64,000 nucleotides of DNA from Phyllobates terribilis. Taxonomy: Eukaryota. A program made the translations under genes and the position numbers. Position 1 is the stretch's first letter. The number at the start of each line of letters is the position of its first letter. Where the stretch lies: assembly GCF_046119375.1 (NCBI RefSeq), contig NW_027362761.1:451608001-451672000 (forward strand), written 5' to 3'. Positions 1-14,254 of the stretch are shown piece after piece. The notes below the pieces were generated by a model. That model searched no databases, was not told the origin of the DNA, and saw nothing but the letters and a program-made list of their open reading frames with translations.

Positions 1-1629
1 GTGCGGACATTATAAAAAAAACAACTAATTACACTAATAACTAGAGATGGGTGGATCAGGCATAATATGAATTTGCCAGATCGCACACATTTTCCTTGGA
101 ACTTTGATTTGCAGCAAAGTTATTCTCCACAATTTAAATGTCCCTTGTCAAGATCTGTGGTCTCTTCAGACCCCAGAGCATAGTAAACGTAATATGTAAA
201 AAAAAATCCTTACACTCACCTTACCGCTCACCTCTGCAGCGCCTCCACTCCTCAGTGTCGAGGACGGGACTAAGGAGGATTAAGAACAGAGGGGCCACAG
301 AAGTGATCGGTAAGGTGGTATAAGTATATTTTTAGTTTTAACCTTTTGACGGCGCCTTGTGGTTCAGCAAAAAATACGCATTTAGCGAGTGCAGATTTTT
401 GTAAAGTTTGAGTTGAATTAAATTCCACTCGAGTACATTTTCTCATCTCTACTAATAACAAATGTCTGTGGCAGCTGGCCATGAACATAACTTCATGTTC
501 AAAGTTTCATGGCCCCTGTATTTACAGCTATTAAATGGACAGAACTTTCCCAGAATGTTGTTGATAGGGTTGTACAGGTTTCTATATATGAAGCCTGCTA
601 ATCATTGTATAGTAAAATGTAACTCAATAAGGAATGTATAATTCTGTTTTCAGTATGGTCCTACTAAAAGAAGAAGTGTCACCAGAATCTTTATATCTTA
701 ACAGGTTGTACAGGTGCAATAGGAGATTTGGAACTTAAGTTAAGAGAAATCGCGCTAAGATCTCCATGGCGATAGAAAAGGAAATGATAAGGAGCAATAA
801 GGATAGTTATATTTAATTGGTTTTCATTTTACATTAGAGAAGCAACACCACTGGAAAAAAATAATTTTCCTACCAATGATATTTATCAGGTGTATAGAGG
901 ATTTTTGAAACATTTGTGCTAAATGTTACGAGTTTGGAGGAGTCAGACCAATGGGACCCTTCACTGAATGCAATTACAGTGAATCCCCATTTCTTATTGA
1001 GGAGGCCATGGTGAGGACTTATATGGAGCAGTGGCCAGACATGTGCTGTCGTGAGGGTTAGGTTTGTATGAGTTTCTTCACCACGTACGATTTGCAACAT
1101 AAATCGGGGAAGTAGTTGCTTTTCTAGACTGTGCAGCCCACTTTTTATGTACCATAACTCATTTGTGAACTTTGATCCTCTAATATAGTAGAGAAATATA
1201 GAATTTCAGGGCTGGGAGCTCCACACTTATGAAATAGTCATGTCATACTCAACAATCCCGGAAAGAGCCTGAGACTCCTGGAAAATGAGTAACAGAAATC
1301 TAAATTTTAACTCCCCCTTCATTAGCATAGCTAGCCGAGGAGCAAAGGAGGTGACTGCCCTGAGCCCACTAACACGGTGGGGTCCGCGAGCAAATCGGCA
1401 AGCTGGTGAATCTTCTGAGGTCTGCTTTTTCTTTGGCAAACATCTTAGTGTATCCGTCTCTGGTGAACACTCAGTACATCTTTATACCCACTGTCATCTC
1501 TGTCACTGTGTTACTATGTATACCCAACAAGATAACAAAGATCAGTATAAAGATGTGTTGGGTGCTCAATTTGTCAAGGGAAGGACTTGCTGAGTCCTGT
1601 CCAGCTAGTATGTGAAGTCGAGCCATCTT

Positions 1630-2530
1630 CTAGTGGGCCCCATCTCTCCAATGCCACAGCTCAGAGCCCCCATCTCCCCGATTTCACAACTCAGAGCCCT
1701 ATCTCCACATTGTCACAGTTCGGGCCCTGCAATGTCAAGGTCTCGACTCAGGACCCCACTTCCCAATGTCTCAACTCATGGCTCCACCTCGTCAAGGTCA
1801 CAACTCAGGACCAAATTTCTTCAAGATCACAGCTCAGATCCTGCTGTCACAGGTGTGTCAGATGTGACAGACAGTCACCCTGCAGTTGGCTGCAGAAGAT
1901 CTCTTCATTTGGCATTACAGATACCTTCTTAGCTGTTTCACTCTAGCACCCAGCGGCTACCTCCTTCCTGCTAATTGACACCCTGGCCTGGGTGTTTAAA
2001 TAGTTTTACCTTGCAGGAGAAAGGTGCCAGCGATACTCACATGTTTCCTTGTGAATGCTTGGAGCTCTCAGACTGCTATCTTCCTCTGTGGTGCTAGGAG
2101 GACACTTGGAGATATCTCTCTGAAGTTGGCTAAAGCTAAGCTTCTTTCCCCCGTTTTTGTCTCTCTTGTTGTCTTTAGTCGTTAGTGGGGATCGACTTGT
2201 GCTCATCCCCCCTTCCCTATACAGGGCCAAGCGCTAGGGAAATACAGGGTTTAGGTTCGCGTGCGGCGATTGGTGAGAATCCAATATAGGGACGTTAGTG
2301 GAGACAGGGTGATATCAGATCAGCCTAGGAGGTCTCCACTCCCCCCTTTCCCTAGAGTTTGGGCTCCTTTTCCCCCTTCCCTTTGTGTTGCACTTAGTCG
2401 TTCACACACCTTGCGTGACACCTGCCTCCCCAATGTCACAGCTCAGGTCCCCTTCTCCCCAGTATTTTAGCTCAGGGCCCTTCCTTATCAAAGTTACAGT
2501 TCAGGACTCTGCCTCCCCAATATCACAGCT
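1630..2530. repeat. Degenerate ~30-bp minisatellite (cacagctcaggNccc...ccccaatgt), interrupted by a solo LTR
   Basis: Motif recurs on both sides of the 1845-2420 insertion. Boundaries approximate. Confidence 0.7.
1845..2420 (+). mobile_element. Solo LTR of the same Gypsy family as 49316-54574, in opposite orientation
   Basis: TGTCAC...GTGACA termini, perfect 5-bp TSD CCTGC, 576 bp. Aligns to the reverse complement of LTR 53999-54574. Confidence 0.9.
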
Positions 2531-3842
2531 CCTCACTCTGCCTCTTAATTAACCTTAATTACCCTGCCCAAAACAAAAATGTCCCTTTAAAGATAATCTC
2601 TCAACAGGTTTTTGCTACCTAATCTGAGAGGAGCATACTGTAGGGGGAGAGACTTTGATTATAGCGATGTGTTACTGTTGTCATGCTGCTGTCAGATGGG
2701 ATAGGAAAAACCTACCAAAAATATATAGTGTGTCTGGGTTGGGGGTCTACACAGAGGCATTTTGCCCACCCTGTGCTGAACCCTTATTTACACCTCTGCC
2801 TCCCTTATAACCATAGCTCTCAACGTCCTGACTGCTGCCTGCACTTAGCACCCTAAAATCTATAAAATCTATCTGCTGTCTCTATACCAAAAGAATGAAA
2901 CAAGCTATGTCTAGTAAAATGCCTATACTGCTTCTTAGAAATCTGACTACTATGTCAAAATAATAAAGGCATCGCTAACTCATTACTCATCTTTGTATTA
3001 ATAGTCTGACATGAAGCGTGGGCATGGTTATGCAGCAGAGCGAAGTTGTCGCACTGTAGTAGAGCTCCCAATATCCTGACATAATACAGCCTAAATAACT
3101 GTACTAAAATACCTCCTTCCTGGCCAGAACTTATCTGGGGGTGAGAGTCAGCAGCTGGGCTCTGGTGGCTGTGGTGGAGAAAGCTGGAAGATCCGGTGCC
3201 TCTTGAGGCCTTTCAGCCAGCCGCATGCTGTGGAGAGGATGGTGGACATCTTAAGTGCGGATCCTGGTGCCACAAGGTGAAGGATGCAGAAAGGAAGAGA
3301 GGGGACCAAGAACAGCCTCAGAGACTCATTCACGTGTTCTCCCTGGTGTCCATTTCGACAGTGGTGTCGGGTCTCCTGTCTTCTGTGTGGCAGGGAGGCG
3401 AGGACGTCACTTGGTCCTAGCAATGCCATACTTCGGACGCTGTGGACGGCAAAGAGGTACTGGGGAGGCTCTGCCAGGTACTGTAGGAGGAAGACTGGAG
3501 CCTTGAGGGCCTATGGGAGGTGATAAGCAAAGGTGCTAAATTGGCCTTTGGAAAGCAGGAAGGAGGGTGGATGGCAGCTCTCCACCTTCCCTTTGTTGAT
3601 CAGTTTGGTGCCACCCCCCCCCCACACTACTTCCTGATCAGTAATTTACCGCAAGCACGATCTCCACAGAGGGCTGGAAAGTGTTCTAAAACACCCTTAG
3701 TAAACAGGCTGGCAGGTGGGAAGGAGGGGCACAACCAGAAGTCCTGGAAGATACCCGAATATCATGTCTAAGGAGACAGAGATATCTAAGTGGGGAGGTG
3801 GCTGCCAGACTGGAGCAATTCACCCACAAAGCTCACAACATA

Positions 3843-6800
3843 ATGCCCAGATCCCAAAGGTCAGCACGGAAAGTGCAGGGGTCCCCAAATGAGTCTCATA
3901 CAGGTTCCTGTTACTCTGCTTAGGCAATGGAAACCGATAAGCCTATGAACTGGCTTCCTCTTCAAGGGGGTCCCCTGAACTGGGTAACTCTCCTTCCCTA
4001 TTGGATGTTCTTAATGTAGTAAATAAGTGCAACTCTTGATACACTGACAGGCCAAGTAGGCTTCATTCAGGACACTATTTCCATAATTTGACTGGATGTG
4101 CAGAAGGGAACAGTATGCACCACAGCTGTCAAGGGCCAGGTATGCGAGCTGGAAGACGCACTTCCTCCTGTCCGTAGAGATGTTCAAAATCATACACAAG
4201 CGGTGGCAGAGCTGTTGGCAAGAGCTGAGGATCTAGAAAATCACCAGAGATGCGATAACATTAATCTGTTAGGAGTCCTGGAAAATGTGGAAGGGGGTGA
4301 CCCAGACAGCTTTTTTGAAAAATGACTCCTTGACATGGCAAAGAAGTCCTTACACACCTACTGTATTTGTGGTGGAGAGAGCCCTCAGGGTCCCTACCAG
4401 ACCAGGACCAGTGGGTAGACCTTACTGGCCGGTCTTGATTAAAATACTACATTATAAGGATCAGGACATAATTTTGAGAAAGGCTTCAGAGATGCAAGAT
4501 ATTAAGCTTGATGCGCAGAAGGTCTAATTTTTTATGGATTTTTCAGGAGCTGTCGAACGGAAGAGATCCATGTTTCTGGACATTAAAAGGAGATTAAGAT
4601 CACTGGGAGTTCAATACTCTATGATTTATCCGGCTAAGTTGAGAGTAGTTGCCCTAGGTACTACTACCTTCCTTGAGAACCCTAAGGATGCCCTCAGATG
4701 GCTGGACACTCATGAGCTTTAGATACAACAGGTGATGAGAGCCGGAAGAGCCTGAGCGGAAAGGAATCTCTGTTGCACTAAATTTTCTGGTGGAGGGAGG
4801 ATAAAAGTTTATTGGGGACTGTCGTTCAGGAGTCCTGGGCTTCCTTGTAAGCCCAAGAATGTATAAAAATGTATATGATGAAGTTATAGTTTAGTTCTGT
4901 GCATGTATTTAATTCTCTTGTAGTTTCTCCAGTCGTCCGCAATTGGTAAAGAAGTTTTTGTGTTCCTACAGCACGAGTGCATAATGAATGGCTCTATATA
5001 TTATGATTCCCAATCCCTTACTTTTAAGGGTAGGTTTACGCAGGATAAAAGACGGGATAGAGTTGGGGGAGGGGTATGTTTTCATTAGTATACAGATGTT
5101 GGGGGGGGATTGTGAAAGCTTTTTTTCAATTTAAAATATGGGTTCAGGGATAAAATTTGTGTCTTGGAATGTTTGCGGTCTTAAAGACAATTCTAAGAGG
5201 CAAGCTATTTTCGAACACATCAGGAGAGTTAACCCTTGTCAGCCTTCTAGTACACAAAACATTCCCTTTATCTATTTAGATTCATTTAGAGATGATGAGG
5301 AGAGATTTGTTGGGGTTCATTGTAAACTGTCTCATTTTGAATGCATCATTGTGGTAATATATGTTCCTAATTATGTTCGCCTTCTTTTTTCAAATATCCC
5401 GCTCAAGAAAATATTAGAGAAGCTTGCAGTTTGGCCAGGCATTTCCATTATAATTATGGGCGAATTTAATAATATACGGTATGTAACCCTTTTAAGGATA
5501 GGTGTCCAGCAGAGGATGACAATTTGAACCCTTTTGGACTCCTGATCAATGAAGTGGGTCTGATAGATGTTTGGAGGGAAAGAGCTCCTAATTGAAGTGT
5601 CTTCTCATGCGCATCCTCAACGTACAGGTCCATTTCAAGAATAGATATGATTCTCTGTAATGCCATGATGGTTCCGTTACTCTTTACTATCGAATACTCC
5701 CCTAGGTCTTTATCAGACAGACCATTCTCCTCTCCTATTTCAGTTACAAGTGGACCCAACGTGAAATAGACTTCCTTTGAGTTGGAAACGTAACCCATTT
5801 TGGCTCAAACTCATCAACATAGACAATATGAAGGGAAAGCTGACAGAATTTTTTTAACTTAATGGTACAGCACCCCTGAATGTAGTTTGGGATGCTATGA
5901 AGGCTTATCTGAAAGGGATACTAATAAAAGAAATAAAGATGGTAAAGGATAATTCGCATAAAAAAGGGGGGGAGGGAGTAGAGAATACGGTTAGAATGAC
6001 TGAACAAGCTTTTATACTTAATAATAGCTTAGATAATAGGACTCAATGGAAAGAGGCTCAACAGCAATTAAGAGAGTATAAATTGGAGCAGGCAGACAAT
6101 AAACTTATGTTTCTAAAACAATAGTTTATGAGGAGGGGGAAACCATTGGCTGGTTGTTGGCCAAACTCAATGAGACAATGCATTTATATATCAGGTAAGA
6201 GATAGGCAGGGTAAGATGTGTACTAAAAATTCTAAAATCCTGCAAATCTTACATAGATTTTGTGAGAGCCTCTATTCTTCCAGGGTGGGTTACTCTCAGG
6301 GGGGGGGGTTAAAGGAATATTTAGCTGAGATTGGACTTCCCACTCTGCGTGACAAAGATCGGGACATTTTAAAACGACCGATCACAGTAGAGGAAATTCA
6401 ACAAGCGTTTGGGAAAATGAGGGTCTGGCATTCTCACAATAGAAATCTTTAAACTGTTTGAGGGGGAGCTAGTGTAACATTATTCTGATATGGTAAATGG
6501 TGTGTTTTTGTCAGGGGAATTACCTAAATCTATGTATGAGGCGATAGTAGTGTTTTTTCCAAAAGAAGATAAAGACAAGGAATTACCTGATTCATATAGA
6601 CCTATTTCCCTTCTGACATCCCTGCTGACATGGGATGTTAAAATATTGGCCAAAATTTTTGCAATACTCTTGAGTACTGTAGTTATGTCGGTTGTTCACC
6701 CAGATCCGGCAGGTTTTATGCCCTCAAGATCAACAGCCATTAATCTGCGCAGACTGTTCCTCAATATTCAAGCATCAGAGACAAATTATAGGGCTGTGCT

Positions 6801-9520
6801 ACAGGAGATGGGTTTTGGACCTAAATTTATTAGGTGGATAATGTTATTATACAGTTATATGAAAAAGTTTGGGCACCCCTATAAATCTTAAGCTTATTGC
6901 TTTATAAAAATTGATGTTTTTGCAACAGCTATTTCAGTTTGATATATGTAATAACTGTTGGACACAGTAATGTTTCTGCCTTGAAATGAGGTTTATTGTA
7001 CTAACAGAAAATGTGCAATCTGCATTCAAACAAAATTTGACAGGTGCATAAGTATGGGCACCTCACCAGAAAAGTGACATTAATATTTAGTAGATCCTCC
7101 TTTTGCAAAAATAACAGCCTCTAGTCGCTTCCTGTAGCTTTTAATGAGTTCCTGGATCCTGGATGAAGGTATTTTTGACCATTCGTCTTTACAAAACAAT
7201 TCCAGTTCAGTTAAGTTTGATGGTCGCCGAGCATGGACAGCCCTCTTCAAATGATCCCACAGATGTTCAATGATATTCAGGTCTGGGGACTGGGATGGCC
7301 ATTCCAGAACATTGTAATTGTTCCTCTGCATGAATGCCTGAGTAGATTTGGAGCGGTGTTTTGGATCATTGTGTTGCTGAAAGATCCATCCCTTGCGTAA
7401 CTTCAACTTTATCACTGATTCTTGAACAATATTGTCAAGAATCTGCTGATACTGAGTGGAATCCATGCGTCCCTCAACTTTAACAAGATTCCCGGTGCCG
7501 GCATTGGCCACACAGCCCCAAAGCATGATGGAACCTCCACCAAATTTTACTGTGGGTAGCAAGTGTTTTTCTTGGAATGCTGTGTTTTTTTGCCGCCATG
7601 CATAACGCCTTTTTGTATGACCAAACAACTCATCAGTCCACAGGACCTTCTTCCAAAAAGAAATTGGCTTCTCCAAATGTGCTTTTGCATACCTCAGCCA
7701 ACTCTGTTTGTGGCGTGCTTGCAGAAACGGCTTCTTTCGCATCACTCTCCCATACAGCTTCTCCTTGTGCAAAGTGCGTTGTATAGTTGACCAGTGCACA
7801 GTGACACCATCTGCAGCAAGTTGATGCTGCAGCTCTCTGGAGGTGGTCTGAGGATTGTCCTTGACTGATCTCACCATTCTTCTTCTCTGCCTTTCTGATG
7901 ATTTTCTTGGCCTGCCACTTCTGGCCTTAACAAGAACTGTCCCTGTGTTCTTCCATTTCCTTACTATGTTCCTCACAGTGGAAACTGACAGGTTAAATCT
8001 CTGAGACAGCTTTTTGTATCCTTCCCCTGAACAACTATGTTGAATAATCTTTGTTTTCAGATCATTTGACAGTTGTTTTGAGGAGCCCATGATGCCACTC
8101 TTCAGAGGAGATTCAAACAGGAGAACAACTTGCAAGTGGCCACATTAAGTAGCTTTTCTCATGATTGCATACACCTGGCTATGAAGTTCAAAGCTCAATG
8201 AGGTTACAAAACCAAAAAAAGTGCTTTAGTAAGTCAGTAAAAAGTAGGTAGGAGTATTTAAAACAAGAAAATGATAAGGGTGCCCATACTTATGCACCTG
8301 TCAAATTTTGTTTGAATGCAGATTGCACATTTTCTGTTAGTACAATAAACCTCATTTCATGGCAGAAACATTACTGTGTCCAACAGTTATTACATATATT
8401 AAACTGAAATAGCTGTTGCAAAAACACCAATTTTTATAAAACATTAAGCTTAAGATTAAAAGGGGTGCCCAAACTTTTACATATAACTGTACATAGATCC
8501 AACAGCCAGAGTAAGGGCTAGCTGGGAAATCTGACAGCTTAGTGCTCCACAGGGGTGCGAGGCAAGGTTATATGCTATCTCCTTTATTGTTTGCCTTTGC
8601 AATAGAACAATTGGCCTGCCTTATTTGAAAACATCCCAGACTGGGAGGCTTTAATTATGGTAACGAGGAAGAAAAGATTGCCCTATACGCTTATGATTTG
8701 CTATTGTTTATTAATAACATTAGTTCCTCCCTCCCTACTGCCATAGAGATAATAGGATAGTTTGGGACCTTTTCGGGGCTCACAATAAATTGGTCGAAAT
8801 TTGCACTACCTCAATTGGATGAAAAAGATATGGTGGTATTGGATAGTACACTAAACATTCCAATAGCGGGAAAATGTAAATATCTTGGTATCCATATTAC
8901 AAAACAGACTAATGATTATATCCCTTTAAATTTGAGTGTCCTGGTTATCAAAGTTAGGAATAAAGTTGGTGCATGGGAGAAATTGGGTTGGGGTAGAACA
9001 AATCTTATTCAGATGTGTGTCATGCCCTCCATCCTGTACGCCCTTCATAACTCCCTGGTTTGGATTCCCAAGTACTGGTTCAGGAAAATGCACAATATCT
9101 TCAGAGATCTGGTCTAGAAAAGAGGTATTCCAAAAATAAAACTTGAGAAATTACACTGGCCAAAGATCAAGGAGGTTTAGCATGTCCACACGCTTGGTGA
9201 TACTCTGTAGAGTCCCAATTTCAACACTTTAGAAGGTGTGCCTTGGAAAGGTTTCAAGAGGCGGGTTCAGTGGTATTGAAACATTTGAGGGGGGAAGATA
9301 ATTTACTGCATCTCTTGGAATCACATAAGCTCAAGATCACCTCTAGAGGTTTACGTACCTTATTTCTTATGCATAAAACATGTGGGCATGTAAGAACTTA
9401 TTGGGAAAGAGGAAGTGCTCGAAATATACCCCTTTATGGAATAATACTTGCCTGATGGAACTGCCTCATCTGGAGGGGGATGGGGAGTGGAAACAACATC
9501 GCCTGAGTAATCTGCATCAA
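3843..9520 (+). mobile_element. Degenerate L1-clade LINE (ORF1 about 3843-4722; ORF2 EN/RT about 5138-9520), split by a Tc1 insertion
   Basis: ORF1 C-terminal motifs (VERALRVP, DFSGAVERKR, YSMIYPAKLRV). ORF2 IKFVSWNVCGL, DSYRPISLL, QAGFMPSR-like, CKYLGIHIT. Many stops and frameshifts. WIMLLY/IDPTARVR continues across the Tc1. Ends approximate. Confidence 0.85.
6852..8489 (-). mobile_element. Tc1 transposon (DD34E type) with ~210-bp IR/DR TIRs
   Basis: TA TSD and TIR cagttatatgaaaaagtttgggcacccct. Open ORF from ATG 8090 to 7080, but the second catalytic D is H (QQHNDPKH) and 4 aa are missing after WTDE. Confidence 0.95.
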
Positions 9521-9607
9521 ATGTATTGTTATAGAAAAATATTAAGATTTGAGAGTCCTCACTGGTTAATACCTTTTAATGGCTAACTGAAAAGATGGTA
9601 ACAAATT

Positions 9608-9646
9608 GCAAGCTTTCGCGACTACTCAGGCCTCTTCATCAGGCAT
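9608..9646 (-). ncRNA. Minimal hammerhead ribozyme motif in PLE pLTR (stem II imperfect)
   Basis: Minus strand reads ATGC CTGATGA A GAGGC ctgagta GTCGC GAAA GCTT GC. Confidence 0.6.
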
Positions 9647-10347
9647 AGAATAACACAAAATCTGAAGAATCACATATTTATACACAGCAGGGCACAAGAA
9701 TAATGCAATAGATGAGACAAGTGATGTGAAGCAGAACTATGAGTGTGGAAGCGGGGAGAAAGAGTTGTGGCCGTAAATATTGGAGCAGTTCATAGATAAG
9801 GAGTGTGAAAGTTTTATTGTCCTGTGATTGAGGTCTGGTCCATGGTTGTGGTGACCCCACAGGTCTGAGGACCACATTCCTTAGTTGATGTAAAATAACA
9901 TAAATCCATGCGACACATTCATTCCTGCACTAAGAGTGTCAAAGGTTGTCATGAGTTTGTATTCCCAAACTTTTCTGTTTCTCTGGGATTTGAAGTTACC
10001 TTTTCATAACAGTAACTTCATGTCCATGATGCTGGGATCAGGGATACAAACATGTTTTGTCACAGGTAGATCTATTCTTTTTTCTTTTATTGTGTGGTGA
10101 TGAGAATTCATCCTTGTTTTAAGTTTTTGTCCTGTGTCCCCAACATACAGACCTCCAGCTGGACATTTGGTGCACATAATTAAGTACACCACATTAGATG
10201 TGATGCAGCTGAAAGTACCTGGGATCTTGTTCTAATGTGAGCTAGGAATCTTTATCTTGTCCATGGTCATTACAAATGAACAGGTTTTACACTGTTTCTG
10301 GTTGCAGGGCAAGGTTCCTGTATCTGGTGGAGAGGACATGGAGCTTC

Positions 10348-11266
10348 AGTGAGGGGTACGGGGTGGTAGTTGTGGCGAGGGGCTGATGCTGTGCTCCTGC
10401 ACCCTGACTCCCCACAAAGAATAAATAATGTTCAGTCTGTCTTATAGTTTGCGTGAACTGAATAACACACACAGTTTTCCTTGAGAGTCCCATCTGCTCC
10501 AGAGTTCCAACTTCAGCTGCGGGCAGACAATCAAGCACAGACTCTTGCTGTTTTTTCCACAGAACAACTTTACTTAACTCTTCCATTTCAGTTTTGGTCA
10601 CAGCACATTGTGATACAGCAGTCACAGTTTCAATAGCAGATACAGTACAGCACATGTTCTGTTGCTCATCCTGAGCTCTACCTGCATTCTCTGTTACCTC
10701 AGACTCTGTAATGCCTTCCTATTCCAATACAGTTTTCATGCTTCCTGACCCACTATTCTGCTGGTTCAGCATCCCACTGAACCCTTTAGCTTTCTAGTAC
10801 TTTCTCAGGCTCCTGGCCCAATCTGCCTCTTCTCTCTCTGTATCACTGTATCACTGTCAACCTTCAGCCAAATGGCCCTGAACTTCTCCACTTCTTTCAG
10901 TTTCCCTCATGCACATGTTAAATGTTCCAACACTTTCAACTATATTCCTCTGACTAAACCAGGAAGTACTCCTTCTGTTTATAACTTTACCCCCCTCCCA
11001 ACTGGGAAAACCCCTGGACGCAACAACTACAACTTCTACCTATTCCTCATACTACAGTGCCCCCTGTCTTCTACTGAACCCCTGTACTTAGCTAAATGTA
11101 TTTTATTCCTATACTTATACCCTATTCTTTCCCTATATTATCTTGTTACAGTATACTAACACGCACAATCAGTATTTCACCATAATGTACATATTACGCA
11201 TTACACATGTACCTGTTTTATCAAGAAGAGATGCAGAGCATGCGCAGGCGTCCAACAACCCTTACA
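10348..11266. mobile_element. Probable solo LTR inserted in the PLE
   Basis: (a)GTGAGGG...CCCTTACA termini and near-TSD CTTC/CTTT. The PLE sequence resumes on both sides. Confidence 0.55.
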
Positions 11267-11770
11267 CTTTTGACAATGATGCTTCTTAGATTTGGGGGCT
11301 GCTTACAACACAGAAGTGGGGGGGCTGGAAATATGGATTGTAATCGGGCATCTTTTTTGTAGTAAAGGTTGTAGTTTCCATGCAGCCCACCTTAGCACCT
11401 CCAGGTTTGGATTGTAGGTGACGACTAGAGGCACCCGGTTGCTTTCTTGTTTAGCTTTGTAATGTAAGAGATGATTCCTTGATATTCTGGTGGCTCTTAC
11501 AATCTGGTTTTCAATTGTTCTTGGATGGTAGCCCTGATTCAAAAAGGTCTTTCTGAGACCACCAAGGTGTTTGTCTCTATCCATCTGGTTGGAACATATC
11601 CAATTGTATCTGATGGCTTGGCTGTAGATAATAACGTTTTTTATGTGTTTTGGATGAAAACTGTCCCACTTAAGGTATGTTGGACGGTCAATCCGTTTCT
11701 GGTACACGTTCCTAATGTGGTGTTCTTAATTATATGTACCATCGAAATGTCCATCTGGGGGTCTGTATGT

Positions 11771-12190
11771 TGAGGAGACAGGACAAAAACTTAGAACAAG
11801 GATGAATTCTCATTGCCTCACAATAAAAGAAAAAAGAATAGATCTACCTATGGAAAACATTTTTCTATCCCTTTTCACAGCATCATGGACATGAAGTTAC
11901 TGGTATTAAAAAGTAACTTCAAATCCCAGAGAGACAAAAAAATTTGGGAATACAAACTTATGACGACCTTTGACACTCTCAGTTCAGGAAATGAATGGAT
12001 TTATGTCATTCTACATCAACTAAAGAATGTAGTCCTCAGTCCTGTGGGGTCATCACAACCATGGACCAGACCTCAATCTCCGGATAATAAAACTTTCACA
12101 CTCCTTATCTATGAACTGCTCCAATATTTACGGCCACAACTCTTTCTCCCCGCTCCCACACTCCCCTGCTCCTGCTGGAGAGTCAGATGC
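11771..12190 (+). mobile_element. Inverted duplicate of the PLE 3' segment, joined head-to-head with the minus-strand copy
   Basis: gagacaggacaaaaacttagaacaagg onwards is the reverse complement of about 9740-10140 and aligns to about 59995-60370. Confidence 0.8.
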
Positions 12191-12867
12191 TCCTTGTCAA
12201 TGGAGCATGGGGATATGTAAAATTCATTGGTTGAAGATGTTCCTAGTCTGGATAGTAAGACACATGCTTCATACTTAACTGCTATACTGTTCCAATGTCT
12301 GTTATCAATAAATAAAATTTTCTTGATTAAAAAAAAATAGTATAAAATGAAGCGTAGCATAAACACATAAAATTGTTGTATCATAAAAAAACGAAGGGAA
12401 GGATGATTATTATTTATTGCATTATCTCAATCCATCCCGCTTCAATTCAAGGAAATCTAGTCTACAAATTCTTAGATCACATGTTCCAATTTCCATTTTC
12501 AGGCTCTATATAAATGTTGAAGAACTGCATTTTTCATTTTATACATTCAATCCATATTTCTGGCCTTTATCTGCCCATGCATCTGTACATTAAAGGGAAT
12601 GTCCAAAACTGAGATATTAATTATCTATGCTTAGTCATCAATTTCAGATCAATGAGAGTCAGACACCCCAAACCCCACTGATCAGCTGATACTAAGTTCT
12701 GCGACCCCAGGAAGTGCACGGTGCACATAGTCAGAACAGCACAGCTCCGTTCACCGTCTAGTGGCTGTTCTCAGGTATTGCAGCTCAGCTGCCATTCCCT
12801 TTTAGTAGGAGCTGAGCCACAGTACCTGAGAATGGCCGCTATAGATCATGCACAGAAATCTGCTTAA

Positions 12868-13081
12868 GGCCATGGCCCCACTATCAGTATTTGGTCAGTA
12901 TTCAGTCAGTATTTTTTCTCAGGAGTGGGAGCCAAAACCAGGAGTGGGTGATAAATGCAGAATTGGTGACTTGTTTTTATTATACCTTTTCTCTGCTTGT
13001 TCCTCATCAGGTTTTGGCCCCCACTCCTGAGAAAAAATACTGACCGAATACTGATCAAATACTGATAGTGGGGCCGTGGCC
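12868..13081. mobile_element. Foldback MITE, 214 bp
   Basis: ~70-bp TIRs GGCCAYGGCCCCACTATCAG..., with TTAA on both flanks. Confidence 0.85.
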
Positions 13082-14254
13082 TTAATGTACAGTCCATGAA
13101 TCAAGTCTTGAAAACACAATTCAAATATTGCGTATTTCTCTGCTGCTGATTTGTGATCCGCTGTATTTAACAGGTTTTACAGTGACATTGCACCACCTAG
13201 TGGTCATTCTTTGCAGTGCAATAGAGGAAATACAAGTTGATTTCAATTTACTAATATCCTTAATTTTCTTTGAAGAGACGATTACATGACCTGTACTAAG
13301 TTTTGTCTATTGGAACTTAGCAATTACTGCTGGCAGAAATCTTAAAAGCCATGAGGAATTGACAAAGTATTTAGTATAAAAATGGTATATATTTTCGTTA
13401 TACAATGATTAAGATTTATTTACTGAAACTGCAATGCTCCATTAATGCTGATCGAGCAAATCCAGCTCTGCTATTTGCGGTGACTAAGGATTTTCTATAA
13501 ACCTGTACAAGAAGGGTTATTATGGTGTATAACGGGTTGCGTGGTACACTAAAGACAGCTCAATGTCACCTGTTCTTGTTCACAAGTGCTTCACTAGTTT
13601 TTCCACAAATAATGACTTGAGCGCATTCTAGTGGCAGTTTCTAAAATTACATCTAGGAGAACAACAGACTCCTGGATATGTGCACACAAAGTCTTTTTTA
13701 GATGGGTCCTTTCCAAAAACCAAACTGAAAAAGTTCCAACAAAGCCCCCAAAGACATGAACGTATGCATTTCTATGTAAAAATGACTTACTGTCTTTTGA
13801 CGTCTTTTAGCTGCTTCATGTTTCCAAAGAAGTAAAGCGGTTAAAAGTAGTGACCTGTCCATTCTTCAGGAGTTTTCTGTTCTGAAGACGCTTCCTACTT
13901 TACAATAAAGGGCAGTGAGATGGCTCAAAAGACTAAAAAAAGTGCCTTTGGGCAAAGATTATGAAAAATCTCCCAGGAAAGAAGCAAAAAACTAAATACA
14001 AAAAAAGATTTCTTTTAGATAAAAAAATGCTGATGTGTCCTTAATCGTCTTCCTTTCCCCAGCCCAGGAGCTATGGTATGATCAGACCATGTTCCTGCGC
14101 TGTCAGACACAGCCATTACACAGTACACAGCAGGGGCACATTTATAAGATTATCTCAGCACAGGAACATTTTATTTAAACACGTCCAGTTGTGGAAACTA
14201 TTATTATTCCGAGAGCTACTGATTAAAATAAACTTTTTTTTGTGTGCAGCGTGA

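Larger units (their letters stand above)
9526..11770 (-). mobile_element. 5'-truncated Penelope-like element (RT C-terminus, GIY-YIG endonuclease, pLTR), interrupted by a 919-bp insert
   Basis: TYLKWDSFHPKHIKN...YSQAIRY (11303-11707) and VYLIMCTKCPAGGLYVGDTG (10004-10192). Collinear with the copy at 59073-60632 once 10348-11266 is removed. Confidence 0.88.

Noticed and set aside
10287-10655. 122-aa ORF
   Set aside because: It lies in a probable solo LTR, runs into the PLE, and has no recognisable domain.
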